From contig CAXXMV010000008.1 of NCBI GenBank assembly GCA_963662285.2, forward strand, positions 768,001-832,000: a stretch of DNA of 64,000 nucleotides, in the 5' to 3' direction. The number at the start of each line of letters is the position of its first letter. The first letter of the stretch is position 1. Positions 9,846-20,479 of the stretch are shown here, one piece after another. The position numbers and the translations under genes are program-made. Source of the stretch: a bacterium (GTDB lineage Bacteria; Hinthialibacterota; Hinthialibacteria; Hinthialibacterales; Hinthialibacteraceae). Below the pieces are notes generated by a model that ran no database searches, had not been told where the DNA came from, and saw nothing but the letters and a program-made list of their open reading frames with translations.

Positions 9846-10343
9846 ATGAAAACACAAAATAACCATATTTGTAACGATGTACTTATTGCAATAAGAAAAA
9901 TCACCCGGGCGATCGATATTCATTCAAAAGATTTGGTACGGAATTATGGAATAACCGGGCCGCAATTGCTTTTAATGCAGAATTTGAAAGAAAACGGACC
10001 GATTAATACAGGTGAAATTGCAAAACAAATACATCTAAGCAATGCAACTATAACAGATATCATAAATAGGCTGGAAAAACGCGCTTTTGTTGAGAGAACA
10101 CGTAATAAAAATGATAAAAGACAAATTAACGTTTCATTAACTTCATTGGGGAATGTAATACTCCAGAATGCGCCATCTCCTTTGCAAGAACGCTTTATTA
10201 CTGAATTTGACAGACTTGAGGCTTGGGAACAAAATTCCCTGCTTTCTTCCTTGCAACGAATCGCTTCAATGATGGAAGCTAAAGAAATTGAGGCTTCACC
10301 AATTTTGTTGACGGGGCCAATTACCGAATACGAAGATGATTAA
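9846..10343 (+). CDS. MarR-family regulator, EctR-like
   Basis: LIAIRKITRAIDIHSK.L....GITGPQL, DKRQ, APSPLQERF...L..WEQ..LLSSLQRIASMM...ASPIL. Confidence 0.85.
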   Translation: MKTQNNHICNDVLIAIRKITRAIDIHSKDLVRNYGITGPQLLLMQNLKENGPINTGEIAKQIHLSNATITDIINRLEKRAFVERTRNKNDKRQINVSLTSLGNVILQNAPSPLQERFITEFDRLEAWEQNSLLSSLQRIASMMEAKEIEASPILLTGPITEYEDD

Positions 10344-10360
10344 ACAATTTTGCTTATAAA

Positions 10361-10378
10361 TACTTTGTGTACAAATGA
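10361..10378. promoter_or_regulatory. Second putative EctR-type operator
   Basis: TACTTTGT-GT-ACAAATGA, same GT-GT-AC core as the reverse complement of the 9800 site. Confidence 0.5.
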
Positions 10379-10414
10379 AATGAAATGAAATTCATTATCA
10401 TAAGGAGTAATAAA

Positions 10415-11230
10415 ATGATTAAGAGCAGTGAGATAGACATTGAACCCGATTTATATCTTCAAATCAGTGATGATATAAATGTCGACTTTCCAGAAAAAGG
10501 AAAAAAATATTCTCAGGATGAAGAGTTTTGTATAATTAATTTAGATGGTGTGGAAAAACGCGTCCGGTTCCACGATTATGACGAAGTCTATTCGATACCC
10601 GGACTATATGAAAAGATTTTTTATGAATATCTCCAATGTTGTTCGCATAAGACAGTTTGCGACCTTTTTTTTCAAGAATTAAAAAAACATCATTACTCCG
10701 CCAACCAGTTGCGCGTACTTGAAATCGGCGCTGGCAATGGAATGGTAGGAGAACAACTCCAGAAATCCTTCGTTAATAAGATCATTGGCATAGATATCTT
10801 GATCGAAGCCAAATTGGCCGCTTATCGTGATCGTCCAGAAGTGTATGATGATTACTATGCAATTGATTTAACCGAAATACCCCGCCAAATTGAAGAAGAA
10901 ATCCTGCAACACAATTTAAACAGCATGGTATCCGTCGCCGCTCTGGGATTTGATGATTTACCTCCCCTGGCTTACGCCAAGGCCTTCAATTTGATTTCAG
11001 AAAATGGATGGATTGCGCTTAATATCAAAGATGAGTTCTTAAGCGAAAAAGACGAATCTGGTTTCTCTAAATTGATCAAAAGAATGATTAAAGAAGAGAT
11101 TCTCACCATTAACGCCCAAAAAAAATATCAACACCGCTTAGCCACAGATAATTCGCCGCTTTATTACTACGCCATAATTGGACAAAAACAAGCGGATATT
11201 CCACTAGAATTATTATCCCGGCTAACCTGA
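10415..11230 (+). CDS. Class I SAM-dependent methyltransferase
   Basis: VLEIGAGNG, IGIDI; AAGGAG RBS before ATG 10415. Confidence 0.8.
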   Translation: MIKSSEIDIEPDLYLQISDDINVDFPEKGKKYSQDEEFCIINLDGVEKRVRFHDYDEVYSIPGLYEKIFYEYLQCCSHKTVCDLFFQELKKHHYSANQLRVLEIGAGNGMVGEQLQKSFVNKIIGIDILIEAKLAAYRDRPEVYDDYYAIDLTEIPRQIEEEILQHNLNSMVSVAALGFDDLPPLAYAKAFNLISENGWIALNIKDEFLSEKDESGFSKLIKRMIKEEILTINAQKKYQHRLATDNSPLYYYAIIGQKQADIPLELLSRLT

Positions 11231-11241
11231 ATTCAAAATCT

Positions 11242-12003
11242 ATGATCAGATTATCAAATGTATCCAAATCATTCGATGACGGAGACCATTATGCAGTCAA
11301 GAACATTTCTCTGAATATTCAAAAAGGGGAAACCTTAGTACTATTAGGATCTTCAGGGTGCGGTAAAACCACCACCCTGAAGATGATCAACCGTTTAATT
11401 GAACCTTCCGGTGGATGCATAGAAATTGATGAACGCGACGCGGCAACCATTGACCCTATCGAATTAAAACGTTCCATAGGTTATGTTTTCCAGGGAATCG
11501 GGTTATTCCCTCATTTATCTGTTGAAGAAAATGTTTCAATCGTTCTTCGTCTTATGGGAAAATCCAAAAGCGAAAGAGAAGCGTCTGCACAGGAATGGCT
11601 GGAAATAGTCAGTCTGGATCCCGGTCTATACGCAAAACGTTATCCGCATGAATTGTCTGGTGGACAACAACAGAGAGTAGGAGTAGCCCGCGCTTTAGCC
11701 GCCAATCCAGATTATCTTCTTATGGACGAACCATTCGGGGCCTTGGACGCCATAACTCGCGATGCCTTGCAACAAGAATTGTTAACCATAAAAAACCGGG
11801 TGGCCAAAACCATTGTTTTCGTAACCCACGATCTTTTTGAAGCCCTGACATTAGCTGATCAAATCGCTGTAATGAATGATGGGATAATTGAACAAGTCGG
11901 CCATCCCGATGAATTGATGCAATCTCCAGCCACCAATTTTGTATACCAATTATTTGAAAAACCAGGAAGGCAACTAAGGTTATTACATGAGAACAATCGA
12001 TGA
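11242..12003 (+). CDS. Osmoprotectant ABC transporter ATP-binding protein (OpuBA/OpuCA-like)
   Basis: GSSGCGKTT, LKMINRLIEP, LSGGQQQR, LLMDEPF. Confidence 0.92.
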   Translation: MIRLSNVSKSFDDGDHYAVKNISLNIQKGETLVLLGSSGCGKTTTLKMINRLIEPSGGCIEIDERDAATIDPIELKRSIGYVFQGIGLFPHLSVEENVSIVLRLMGKSKSEREASAQEWLEIVSLDPGLYAKRYPHELSGGQQQRVGVARALAANPDYLLMDEPFGALDAITRDALQQELLTIKNRVAKTIVFVTHDLFEALTLADQIAVMNDGIIEQVGHPDELMQSPATNFVYQLFEKPGRQLRLLHENNR

Positions 12004-12638
12004 ATGATTCCCTTTACCTTTTCCTTTTAAATCACTTGCCTGCTTTGGGTCAAAAAACCATGGAACATTTTATCCTCACCGGGATCGCCGTATCAGGCGC
12101 TATTCTGATAGGCATCCCCTTCGGAATATTGGCCTCCAGACGCATCATGGTAAGGAAAATTTTCTTCACCATCGCAGGAATAATCCAAACGATTCCCAGC
12201 CTGGCTATGCTGGCTTTTTTACTGCCCTTCTTAGGTATTGGCGTTATTCCCGCTATTGTTGCTCTGATATTATATGCTTTGCTGCCTATCTCCAGAAATA
12301 CCTACACGGGTATCACTGAAATCGATCCCTCGATCCTAGAGGCATCCGACGGATTAGGTTTTTCCCATAATCAACGATTATACCTGGTAGAAATCCCTAT
12401 CGCTTTACCGACCATCATTGCCGGAATTCGAACAGCAGCGGTTATCTGCGTGGGAGTTGCAACTCTCTCAGCATTTATCGGCGCAGGCGGATTGGGTGAT
12501 TTTATCAACCGCGGGCTTTCGATGAATAACACCCGCTTAATTCTACTGGGCGCCATTCCTTCCGGTATCATGGCCATCGCCCTGGATATAACTATAGGAG
12601 CAATTGAACATAAGTTTTCTTGGAAAAATAAATCATGA
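12000..12638 (+). CDS. Osmoprotectant ABC transporter permease
   Basis: QTIPSLA, LYALLPI.RNTYTG, GAGGLG. Confidence 0.92.
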   Translation: MNDSLYLFLLNHLPALGQKTMEHFILTGIAVSGAILIGIPFGILASRRIMVRKIFFTIAGIIQTIPSLAMLAFLLPFLGIGVIPAIVALILYALLPISRNTYTGITEIDPSILEASDGLGFSHNQRLYLVEIPIALPTIIAGIRTAAVICVGVATLSAFIGAGGLGDFINRGLSMNNTRLILLGAIPSGIMAIALDITIGAIEHKFSWKNKS

Positions 12639-13540
12639 CGCCCAATATAAATTTGATTAAATCACTCTGGTCTGGAATTATATTATTTGGTTTTTTCTTA
12701 ACGCTGCATCAATGCGGAGCAATTGATAAAGAAAAGACGCTGGTGCTGGGATGTAAAAATTTCACCGAACAGATCATTCTCGGAGAGATCATTGCTCAGG
12801 CGATTGAAGACAATACCGATTTATCAGTGATGCGTAAGTGGAATCTTGGTGGAACGATGATTTGCCATCAAGCTTTAATATCGGGCGAGATCGATCTTTA
12901 TCCTGAATACACCGGAACCGCTTATATCAATATTCTTAATAATCAACATATCAAAGATGCCACTGACACATATCAAATTGTTCAAAGCGCTTACCAGAAA
13001 AAATTTCAGTGTAAATGGCTGCCTCCATTCGGCATCAACAATACCTACACCATTACCGTTCGTAAATCTGATGCTATCCAAAGAAAATGGCGAACCATCA
13101 GTGACCTTAAACTGGATTCTATAAATTTATCCGCCGGATTCACCTCTGAATTCATGGTGCGTCATGATGGCTACCCCCAATTAAAACAAAAATATAATCT
13201 AGATTTCGCTAAAGTTGTTGATCTCGAACCGGGATTAATGTACCAGGCTATCGCCAACAATAATATTGATGTTATCTGCGGCTTCTCAACCGATGGCCGG
13301 ATTCCCGCATTTGATTTAGTCTCCTTGAAAGATGACTTGCATTTCTTTCCTCCATATTATGCAGCGCCTGTGATAAGATTGGACGCTCTGCAAAAACATC
13401 CTGAACTCAAACAAATATTTGATAAATTATCTCATTCCATTGATAACAAAAAAATGCAAGAAATGAATCTCCTGGTTGACGAAAAGAAGATCAATCCCAC
13501 AATTGTCGCCCAAAATTTCCTGCAAGAATTTAACTTCTGA
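12635..13540 (+). CDS. Glycine betaine/choline ABC transporter substrate-binding protein
   Basis: KNFTEQ, DLYPEYTGT, STDG, FFPPY. Confidence 0.92.
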   Translation: MTPNINLIKSLWSGIILFGFFLTLHQCGAIDKEKTLVLGCKNFTEQIILGEIIAQAIEDNTDLSVMRKWNLGGTMICHQALISGEIDLYPEYTGTAYINILNNQHIKDATDTYQIVQSAYQKKFQCKWLPPFGINNTYTITVRKSDAIQRKWRTISDLKLDSINLSAGFTSEFMVRHDGYPQLKQKYNLDFAKVVDLEPGLMYQAIANNNIDVICGFSTDGRIPAFDLVSLKDDLHFFPPYYAAPVIRLDALQKHPELKQIFDKLSHSIDNKKMQEMNLLVDEKKINPTIVAQNFLQEFNF

Positions 13541-13743
13541 AACAAAAAAAAGTTGCCCATAGGTTGATACCACATTCACAAACCTTCTGAATGATTTATA
13601 GTTAAAAGGTTAACATAATATTTTCATCTTTAACACTCATTCAAATATCTCCAAAATGGTATATAATCTATCTATGCAAGCAATATGATCAGATCAAATA
13701 TATTTTAGAATACACCAAATCAAGTGTAACGTTGTGATCCATC

Positions 13744-14514
13744 ATGAATATTAAAAACAAGAACGACTGGTGTTTCAGGTTTTTTAACAATCCCGATTAC
13801 CTGGACATCTACCGCGACATGACCGGTCCAGCCAGAACGGATCAGGAAATCGATTTCTGCTCTAAAGTACTACAGTGGAAAAAAGGCCAGGCAATCCTTG
13901 ATTCTCCATGCGGCGCGGGACGCCATTCATTTGAATTATCCAGACGCGGCTACAGCGTCACAGGACTGGATTTCTCCTCATACCTTCTGGAGCAAGCCCA
14001 TAACAATATTCAGCAACTCAATGGAACAAGACCTGTTTTCGTCAGGGGTTTACTTCAACAACTCCCCTTCCCAGAAGACTCATTTGATTACCTGGTCTGT
14101 CTATTCAGCAGTTATGGCTATGGAGAGAGCGACTATGAAAACTTTGTTGTAATGCAAGAGTTCAACCGCGTCCTGCGGCCTGGAGGAAAATTGCTCATTG
14201 ATGTAATGAACCGCCATTTCATCGTTCCCCGGTTAAATGCAGTGTATGAGTCGGTTCAATCCAACTTAAAAGTACGCGAAGAACGCTCCTTCTCCGATAA
14301 CGGACGCCGCCTGCATAACTGCATAAACGTTGAAGACGCCAACGGCGCCAAACGGCAGTATTATTACCGCCCCTGGCTATTCAATGGCTGGGAACTTTCT
14401 TTATTCGCTACGCAGGCGGGATTATCAGTCGACGCGGTTTATGGCAACTTTCAGGCTGATCCATACAACGAAAACAGCGAAAGAGCCATGCTAGTCGCTG
14501 AAAAAAAATCATAA
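13744..14514 (+). CDS. Class I SAM-dependent methyltransferase
   Basis: ILDSPCGAGRH, VTGLDFS, RVLRPGG. Confidence 0.88.
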   Translation: MNIKNKNDWCFRFFNNPDYLDIYRDMTGPARTDQEIDFCSKVLQWKKGQAILDSPCGAGRHSFELSRRGYSVTGLDFSSYLLEQAHNNIQQLNGTRPVFVRGLLQQLPFPEDSFDYLVCLFSSYGYGESDYENFVVMQEFNRVLRPGGKLLIDVMNRHFIVPRLNAVYESVQSNLKVREERSFSDNGRRLHNCINVEDANGAKRQYYYRPWLFNGWELSLFATQAGLSVDAVYGNFQADPYNENSERAMLVAEKKS

Positions 14515-14522
14515 CTCATTCT

Positions 14523-16289
14523 ATGAATGATCCGGGAAAACCACAAGCATATTTCATCGGCAGCGGTTGGGGATGCAGCGAACGCTCAGGTTTCCGTTGC
14601 GTCGCCGATCACATAATCCAGGCCGATTCCATCGACCAGGTAATACCTGCATTGCAAGAAATTGAACAACGCACGCATGATGGTTGGTATGCTTTCGGCT
14701 ACATAGCCTACGAAGCAGCAGCAGCCTTTGGATTACCGGTTTTAACAAATCCATCAGGCCATCCACCACTTTTATGGTTTGGATTATGCAAAACCAATAA
14801 TATCCAGCAGATTGAAATCAGCGACATTGCCATTAGTTCACCGCAATACACCCCACCTGAACTCAAGATAAACCTTACCGAAGAATCCTATATCAGAACA
14901 ATCGCCCGGATAAAACAGCATATCGAACGCGGTGAAACCTATCAGGTCAACTACACTGTTCGCGCAAACTGCATCGGCGCAGAATCAGGCCTGGATTTAT
15001 TTACATACTTATATAGGGCGCAGCCGATTCCCTACGCCGCCTTCATCCAAGACAACGACTGGCAAATCCATTCGCTCTCCCCAGAATTATTCCTCAACAA
15101 ACACAGTTCATTGATTGAATCACGCCCCATCAAAGGAACCATCGGGCGGGGATTGACGCCTGAGCAGGATCAACAAAAAATCGGGCAATTAAAACATAGC
15201 GCCAAAGATCAAGCTGAGAACATCATGATTCTCGACATGATGCGCAATGATTTAGGGCGCATTTGTAAATTGGGCAGCGTCCAATCCCAGAACATTTGCC
15301 GCATGGAGCGCTACCGCTCTCTCTTCCACCTGACCAGCTCAGTGCAGGGAGTACTATCAGATGATTCAACATTGACCAGTATATTCCAAGCAACATTTCC
15401 CGCCGCCTCCATAACCGGCGCTCCCAAGCACCGCACTATGGACATAATCCGCAATTACGAAGACTCGCCCCGCAGCATATATTGCGGCGCCATAGGTTTT
15501 ATCAAACCTGATGGAGATTTCACCTTCAATGTAGCCATTCGTACGATGTACGGTTCAGCGGATGAATACACTCTTGGAGTAGGTGGAGGCATCATCTGGG
15601 ATTCCGATCCACAGATGGAATATGAAGAGGTTAAAACAAAAATGGCCTTCGCCCGAAAGCTGCCAGCCGATTTCCAGTTAATCGAAACGTTGCGGTTGAA
15701 CCAGGATGGAGTTTACTCTTTTTTAGATGAACACCTGAAACGATTATCCCAATCAGCCAACTACTGGGATTATCCCTGTGATGCAAACGCCGCGCAAAAC
15801 GCTCTGCTGGAATATGCTAAAAGCGTTCTTGAACCACCCGCAGCTATCCGTATTGCCCTAAACGCCCAAGGCGGCACAACCATCAACCACCGGCCAATAA
15901 CTCAACCGCCGACAAACCTTCGCGTACAAATTTCATCCACCACGGTAGATTCAAACAATGTTTTCCTATACCACAAAACAACCAACCGTGAATTCTATAA
16001 CAACGCCAGAACAGCCGGACTCAAGCAGGGCTTCTTCGAAACCATATTCGCCAATCAACATAACCACATAACAGAGGGATGCATCACCAACATCTTCTAC
16101 CGTATCGGCGACCACTGGTTTACCCCGCCAATAGAAGACGGCCTGCTTGCCGGAATATGGAGAAGCCAATTCATGACAGAAACCAACGCCGCAGAAAAAT
16201 CCATCACCTCTGAAAAACTAAAAACCGCCGACCAAATCATCATAGGAAATTCGGTCAGCGGCTCAATGATTGTCAATCAAATAGACTAA
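14523..16289 (+). CDS. pabB: Aminodeoxychorismate synthase component I fused to class IV aminotransferase-type lyase (PabB-PabC)
   Basis: GETYQVN, SPELF, RPIKGT, SITGAPK; C-terminal HKTTNR, EGCITN, GLLAGI. Confidence 0.88.
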   Translation: MNDPGKPQAYFIGSGWGCSERSGFRCVADHIIQADSIDQVIPALQEIEQRTHDGWYAFGYIAYEAAAAFGLPVLTNPSGHPPLLWFGLCKTNNIQQIEISDIAISSPQYTPPELKINLTEESYIRTIARIKQHIERGETYQVNYTVRANCIGAESGLDLFTYLYRAQPIPYAAFIQDNDWQIHSLSPELFLNKHSSLIESRPIKGTIGRGLTPEQDQQKIGQLKHSAKDQAENIMILDMMRNDLGRICKLGSVQSQNICRMERYRSLFHLTSSVQGVLSDDSTLTSIFQATFPAASITGAPKHRTMDIIRNYEDSPRSIYCGAIGFIKPDGDFTFNVAIRTMYGSADEYTLGVGGGIIWDSDPQMEYEEVKTKMAFARKLPADFQLIETLRLNQDGVYSFLDEHLKRLSQSANYWDYPCDANAAQNALLEYAKSVLEPPAAIRIALNAQGGTTINHRPITQPPTNLRVQISSTTVDSNNVFLYHKTTNREFYNNARTAGLKQGFFETIFANQHNHITEGCITNIFYRIGDHWFTPPIEDGLLAGIWRSQFMTETNAAEKSITSEKLKTADQIIIGNSVSGSMIVNQID

Positions 16290-16412
16290 TATTTCGTCCA
16301 ACTACATTATGTCATAAAACCAAGTCCCTTCTCCCTCCGGGCTGATCTTAACCCACAAATATCAATATGAGAGATTATGAGAAATCCAATTATCTGAATA
16401 TAGGACAATAAC

Positions 16413-16976
16413 GGGTGCCAAGGGCAGTGTATTTTCTGCCCTTGATTGAGTTTACCTCATTTATTTCCATGGTTTTTATCAACAATTAACATTGAATGAC
16501 GGGCGCCAAGGGCAAGACCGCAATGCGGTCAGCCCTTGATCAAGCCACCTTATCAAAAGGTAAGTTCACTCTAAATTCTCAATCCATAGGTTCAATCAAA
16601 TAAGTAACAATTTCCCCACCGCCAATAGCCAAGGGAAGAATCCCGTTATCCGATGAACCGCTAGCATCCTGAATAGGACGCTCGACCAAGTCGCGGGTGC
16701 CAAGGGCAGTGTATTTTCTGCCCTTGATTGAGTTTACCTCATTTATTTCCATGGTTTTTATCAACAATTAACATTGAATGACGGGCGCCAAGGGCAAGAC
16801 CGCAATGCGGTCAGCCCTTGATCAAGCCACCTTATCAAAAGGTAAGTTCACTCTAAATTCTCAATCCATAGGTTCAATCAAATAAGTAACAATTTCTCCT
16901 CCACTAATGGCAAATGGAAGAATCCCGTTATCCGATGTACCGCTAGCATCCTGAATGGGACGCTCAACCAAGTCGC
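16413..16976. repeat. 282-bp tandem duplication (16413-16694 / 16695-16976) with two REP hairpins per copy and the GH38 gene tail
   Basis: Identical intergenic sequence at an offset of 282 nt; stop codons at 16579 and 16861. Confidence 0.9.
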
Positions 16977-19900
16977 ATTTGCTCCACTCAAATTTCCGCC
17001 ATAGAGGAAATGATATATTGGCGTTAGTAGACTTACCATTCAATTCACGCACCCGGATAATGATGCCATCCGCATTTTCAGCCTTTTTGATGTTCTGAAT
17101 CAACACATTGGGCGTATCCATAGAAGCCAGCGACATGGTTTGATCCGTCAGCAGACCATCTGGATTGATTCCCAAAGGTTCAACGCAGAATGGAGACGTC
17201 ACATGATCAGCGAATTGATTCGCCTGATCGGGCGCCCATGCATCCTTATGAAAAATCATGGAATAACGGAACACCGCCGGACCGCCCTGGCTCGCTTTAT
17301 AATTGGTAAACCAATAATTGTTCATGGCGAAAGAGAACAGATGCGTGTTAACCAACGGAAGATGCTCCAACCAGGGCTGCTCAGCATGCATATCGCAAAG
17401 TTCAACCAATGGAGCGTCATGAGTAACCCAGGTAACTCCATAATCTTTATTGGACGCATCAACCCAACGGCGCACGGTATATATATTACGGTTGGCGCCG
17501 GGAATCTGTTCTGTTTCAGGATGCATCGAAGCCAGGGGAATCTCCAGGGTGAATACTCCCTCAGGAACCTTGAATGGAAAAGCGAACCGCACCGCTTCTT
17601 TGTCGCGGATATCGCTTTTAAGCATGGTATTGATAAAGTCAATCCGGTTTTGCTGAGGATAAAGCCTGATCTCCTGTTGCAGAGATTCAATTCCCTGCCC
17701 TTCAATATGGGCGATCAACGTACCGCTCATACCCAGAGGATCGCGCTTGGATTTCAAGATAACCTGCCGGGCGCTTTTACTATCTTTACCATTAGCGCCC
17801 GATACATGTAGATATTGGTTTAAACCATAAGAACTGTCAGCATCGACTAACTGAAGACTCTCAGGCAGATAAACCAGCGACGAAATGGCGCCGGTTTTCT
17901 TATCCAGTTTCACTTCCCAATCTCCGCCAAGCATCACGCCATCCGATACGTCTATATCAATTGCAGAAACATCCGTTTCACACTTCTCTGGAACAAACTT
18001 AAAGATCGAGTATCCCAATGCAGGAATATCCGCAACCTGGAAAACATATCCTTCATCAGTGCGGATCACCGCTGACCGTTTACCACTGGCATCAACCGCC
18101 GTCCATTGATCAGCAGAAACCAGTTCTCCCAGCGCTGCACTATATGGAATCACGGCCTTACCAGATCGCTTCCACTGGGTCAGGTTCCACACCGCAAAAC
18201 TTAATGGTTGATCATTCTTGATATTGCCGCTTAGGGCTTGCAAGCCGCCCCGCTTTAATTCTGCTGAATACCACAATGCATTATGAGCGAAACTGCGCTT
18301 GGTCTCCCATTGCTTGGTGGCGAATTCGGATTCAGGTTCAGTTATACTGTTATGCGCCCCCCAGGTATGCTCGCTATAAAGCATGGCATAGTCATAACCT
18401 TGTTCGATCTTTTTCGATGGAACCGCTTGTTGAGCACCCAGGGCGTAAGCCAGTGACCATGCTTTTTCTGATTCCTGCATACGAAGCGTCGCCGTGCGGT
18501 TCATCGCGCTTTCCCGCGCAGTCGATCCCGCTCCATCTTCCCAATACGGCGTATAGTCTCCCTTATAAGATGGGATTTGATCTTTATATTTAGATTCCAG
18601 ATACTGCGAAGGCGCCGCCGCGCCGGATAGAATCAAATGTGGAACCTGATATTGCTGATTCCACTCCTGCACCATATTAGAAAGATGATCAGGTGGAGGC
18701 GTATTATCAACTAAATACGCCCGGAACTGCGCCACGTCATAGGGATACGCTTCATCGGCTTCATAGTCAGACAGAACTTGCAGAAACTGAGCAACGCCAT
18801 CTTCTGAACGCAGCATATTGAAATTATTGGAATATCCATAACCCGTATTCCAAACCAAAACCTTACTCACCCCATCCGGTCCAATCCAATAATATGGATG
18901 ATATTTCAACGCTATAGTGGTGAATCCGATGCGGGCGGTATGGTTAGGACCAAGATTAAAATATTTCACGCCGGAACCTGCCAATAAAGGAACCATGCCC
19001 CAGGTATACCCCGGTACATCCGTAATCATGGCCGATACCACTTCCGGGAGGTTTTCACGTTGCGCCAGATGTTTGGAAAAATACACGCTTCGGATAAGTT
19101 CTTCATCACCGCATAAGGCGGTCAGGATATTTCCATACAGCGCGTCAAGCGTAAAGACTCCACTACGCAAATAATCCAACAAACGCTTGCAGTCTTCCTC
19201 CGGTTCAGTGCGTAAAAAATCCTTCAATACCCAGGTCACTTCAGGATTCCAGATATAATGCGCGTCTTTATCATATTTCTTACTGACCGACTCTTCATAT
19301 AAATCCCATGCCTGGCGATAGAATTTTTTATGATCGGCCATAACAATATCCTGGTGGTTGGTATAGCCGATATCAACATGCGATCCCGCCATCAAATAAA
19401 CCCGCCAATCACGGCATGGCTTTACTTTAACTGAGTTTTTATATTCACGTCCGGAAATAATCGCGCGGAATATCACATCACGCGGTTGGTTGGCTCTACC
19501 TACCGCAACCTTTATCCGGCGGGTGGAAGGTTTTTCTATAGACCAGACCGGCTCGGTCGCTTGCTGATCATCATAGACCTCAATCAAATCAAGCGTGTTT
19601 GGATCGACGTAAGCAGGAATGCTTAATTGTAACTCGCGCTTACCGTCTTTATTAACTAGTGGTGGAGAATCAATCTTAAAAAGATGATCGATATATTCGG
19701 TTTCTTCAAATTCTCCCGGCAGAATTACGCTGATGCCTTGGGGAACAATTCCATCAGCATCTTTCAATTGGACGCTAAAATACCATTTCTCTTTACTCTG
19801 GCATATCTTAACCAACAAAGGCTGAGGCCCCTGCCGCACAGAAACCGGGATCACCTCTGCTTTATCAACTGCTCCTTCTGATTTATCATAAACCAGTTTC

Positions 19901-20316
19901 CCTCCCAACCACACTTTGGCGCCATCATCACGCTTGATATGCAACGCCAATTCAAGGTCCTTATCACTTTCCAGAATGCAATAGAAATACGAACAAACTC
20001 CCTCCAGGCCGGGATAACGGTCAGATAACCTGATTTCGGTTTTCTCTTCAAAGAATGGATTCCACAGAAATTGCTTATCCTGAATGATCTCTTTTTTACT
20101 GCGAATTGGTGTAGCGCTGCCCTCACCGGAAAGATAATCCGTGTTATAACCAATCAGCGGTACAGTATCAGTAGCATCATTAATCGGCCCAAGATGCAAC
20201 CATGCGCCTATCGCGCCTTCATCTGATAGTTGAAAAACAACTTCAGGTATGCTCGCATTCGCCATAGACGAAATAAACATCAATAGAAATAATGGATAAA
20301 AGAATTTTGTTCTCAT
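16861..20316 (-). CDS. Secreted GH38 alpha-mannosidase-like protein with N-terminal PA14-like domain
   Basis: SHVDIGYT, DVPGYTW, YWEDG, LYSEHTWG, MNNYWFTNY, KKAENADGIIIRVRE; DDGAKVWLGG in the N-terminal domain. Confidence 0.85.
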   Translation of the reverse strand: MRTKFFYPLFLLMFISSMANASIPEVVFQLSDEGAIGAWLHLGPINDATDTVPLIGYNTDYLSGEGSATPIRSKKEIIQDKQFLWNPFFEEKTEIRLSDRYPGLEGVCSYFYCILESDKDLELALHIKRDDGAKVWLGGKLVYDKSEGAVDKAEVIPVSVRQGPQPLLVKICQSKEKWYFSVQLKDADGIVPQGISVILPGEFEETEYIDHLFKIDSPPLVNKDGKRELQLSIPAYVDPNTLDLIEVYDDQQATEPVWSIEKPSTRRIKVAVGRANQPRDVIFRAIISGREYKNSVKVKPCRDWRVYLMAGSHVDIGYTNHQDIVMADHKKFYRQAWDLYEESVSKKYDKDAHYIWNPEVTWVLKDFLRTEPEEDCKRLLDYLRSGVFTLDALYGNILTALCGDEELIRSVYFSKHLAQRENLPEVVSAMITDVPGYTWGMVPLLAGSGVKYFNLGPNHTARIGFTTIALKYHPYYWIGPDGVSKVLVWNTGYGYSNNFNMLRSEDGVAQFLQVLSDYEADEAYPYDVAQFRAYLVDNTPPPDHLSNMVQEWNQQYQVPHLILSGAAAPSQYLESKYKDQIPSYKGDYTPYWEDGAGSTARESAMNRTATLRMQESEKAWSLAYALGAQQAVPSKKIEQGYDYAMLYSEHTWGAHNSITEPESEFATKQWETKRSFAHNALWYSAELKRGGLQALSGNIKNDQPLSFAVWNLTQWKRSGKAVIPYSAALGELVSADQWTAVDASGKRSAVIRTDEGYVFQVADIPALGYSIFKFVPEKCETDVSAIDIDVSDGVMLGGDWEVKLDKKTGAISSLVYLPESLQLVDADSSYGLNQYLHVSGANGKDSKSARQVILKSKRDPLGMSGTLIAHIEGQGIESLQQEIRLYPQQNRIDFINTMLKSDIRDKEAVRFAFPFKVPEGVFTLEIPLASMHPETEQIPGANRNIYTVRRWVDASNKDYGVTWVTHDAPLVELCDMHAEQPWLEHLPLVNTHLFSFAMNNYWFTNYKASQGGPAVFRYSMIFHKDAWAPDQANQFADHVTSPFCVEPLGINPDGLLTDQTMSLASMDTPNVLIQNIKKAENADGIIIRVRELNGKSTNANISFPLWRKFEWSKCDLVERPIQDASGTSDNGILPFAISGGEIVTYLIEPMD

Positions 20317-20479
20317 TTTTTCCCCTTTTACTCTTTCTTTAAAAAACAAGGAAAATTGCAATCTCTTTATTACATCTTACCAAAATAAAATCCGGAAAAC
20401 CAAGTCTCCTCTCCACCCGGAAGAGGACTAGTACTCTGACCAACTAATTATGTTGAGCGACCTCGTCCCCTCTCCCCAC

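Noticed and set aside
16579-16767. 62-aa ORF as a real gene
   Set aside because: It is the duplicated GH38 tail read through REP sequence.
16413-16830. CRISPR array (repeated ~36-40-nt hairpins)
   Set aside because: The spacers are themselves duplicated, the repeats occur dispersed and inverted elsewhere, and there are no cas genes; these are REPs.
17140-20153. Numerous overlapping ORFs inside long genes (also 20807, 25208, 29234, 57903)
   Set aside because: Shadow frames of well-supported CDSs, with no motifs or RBS of their own.
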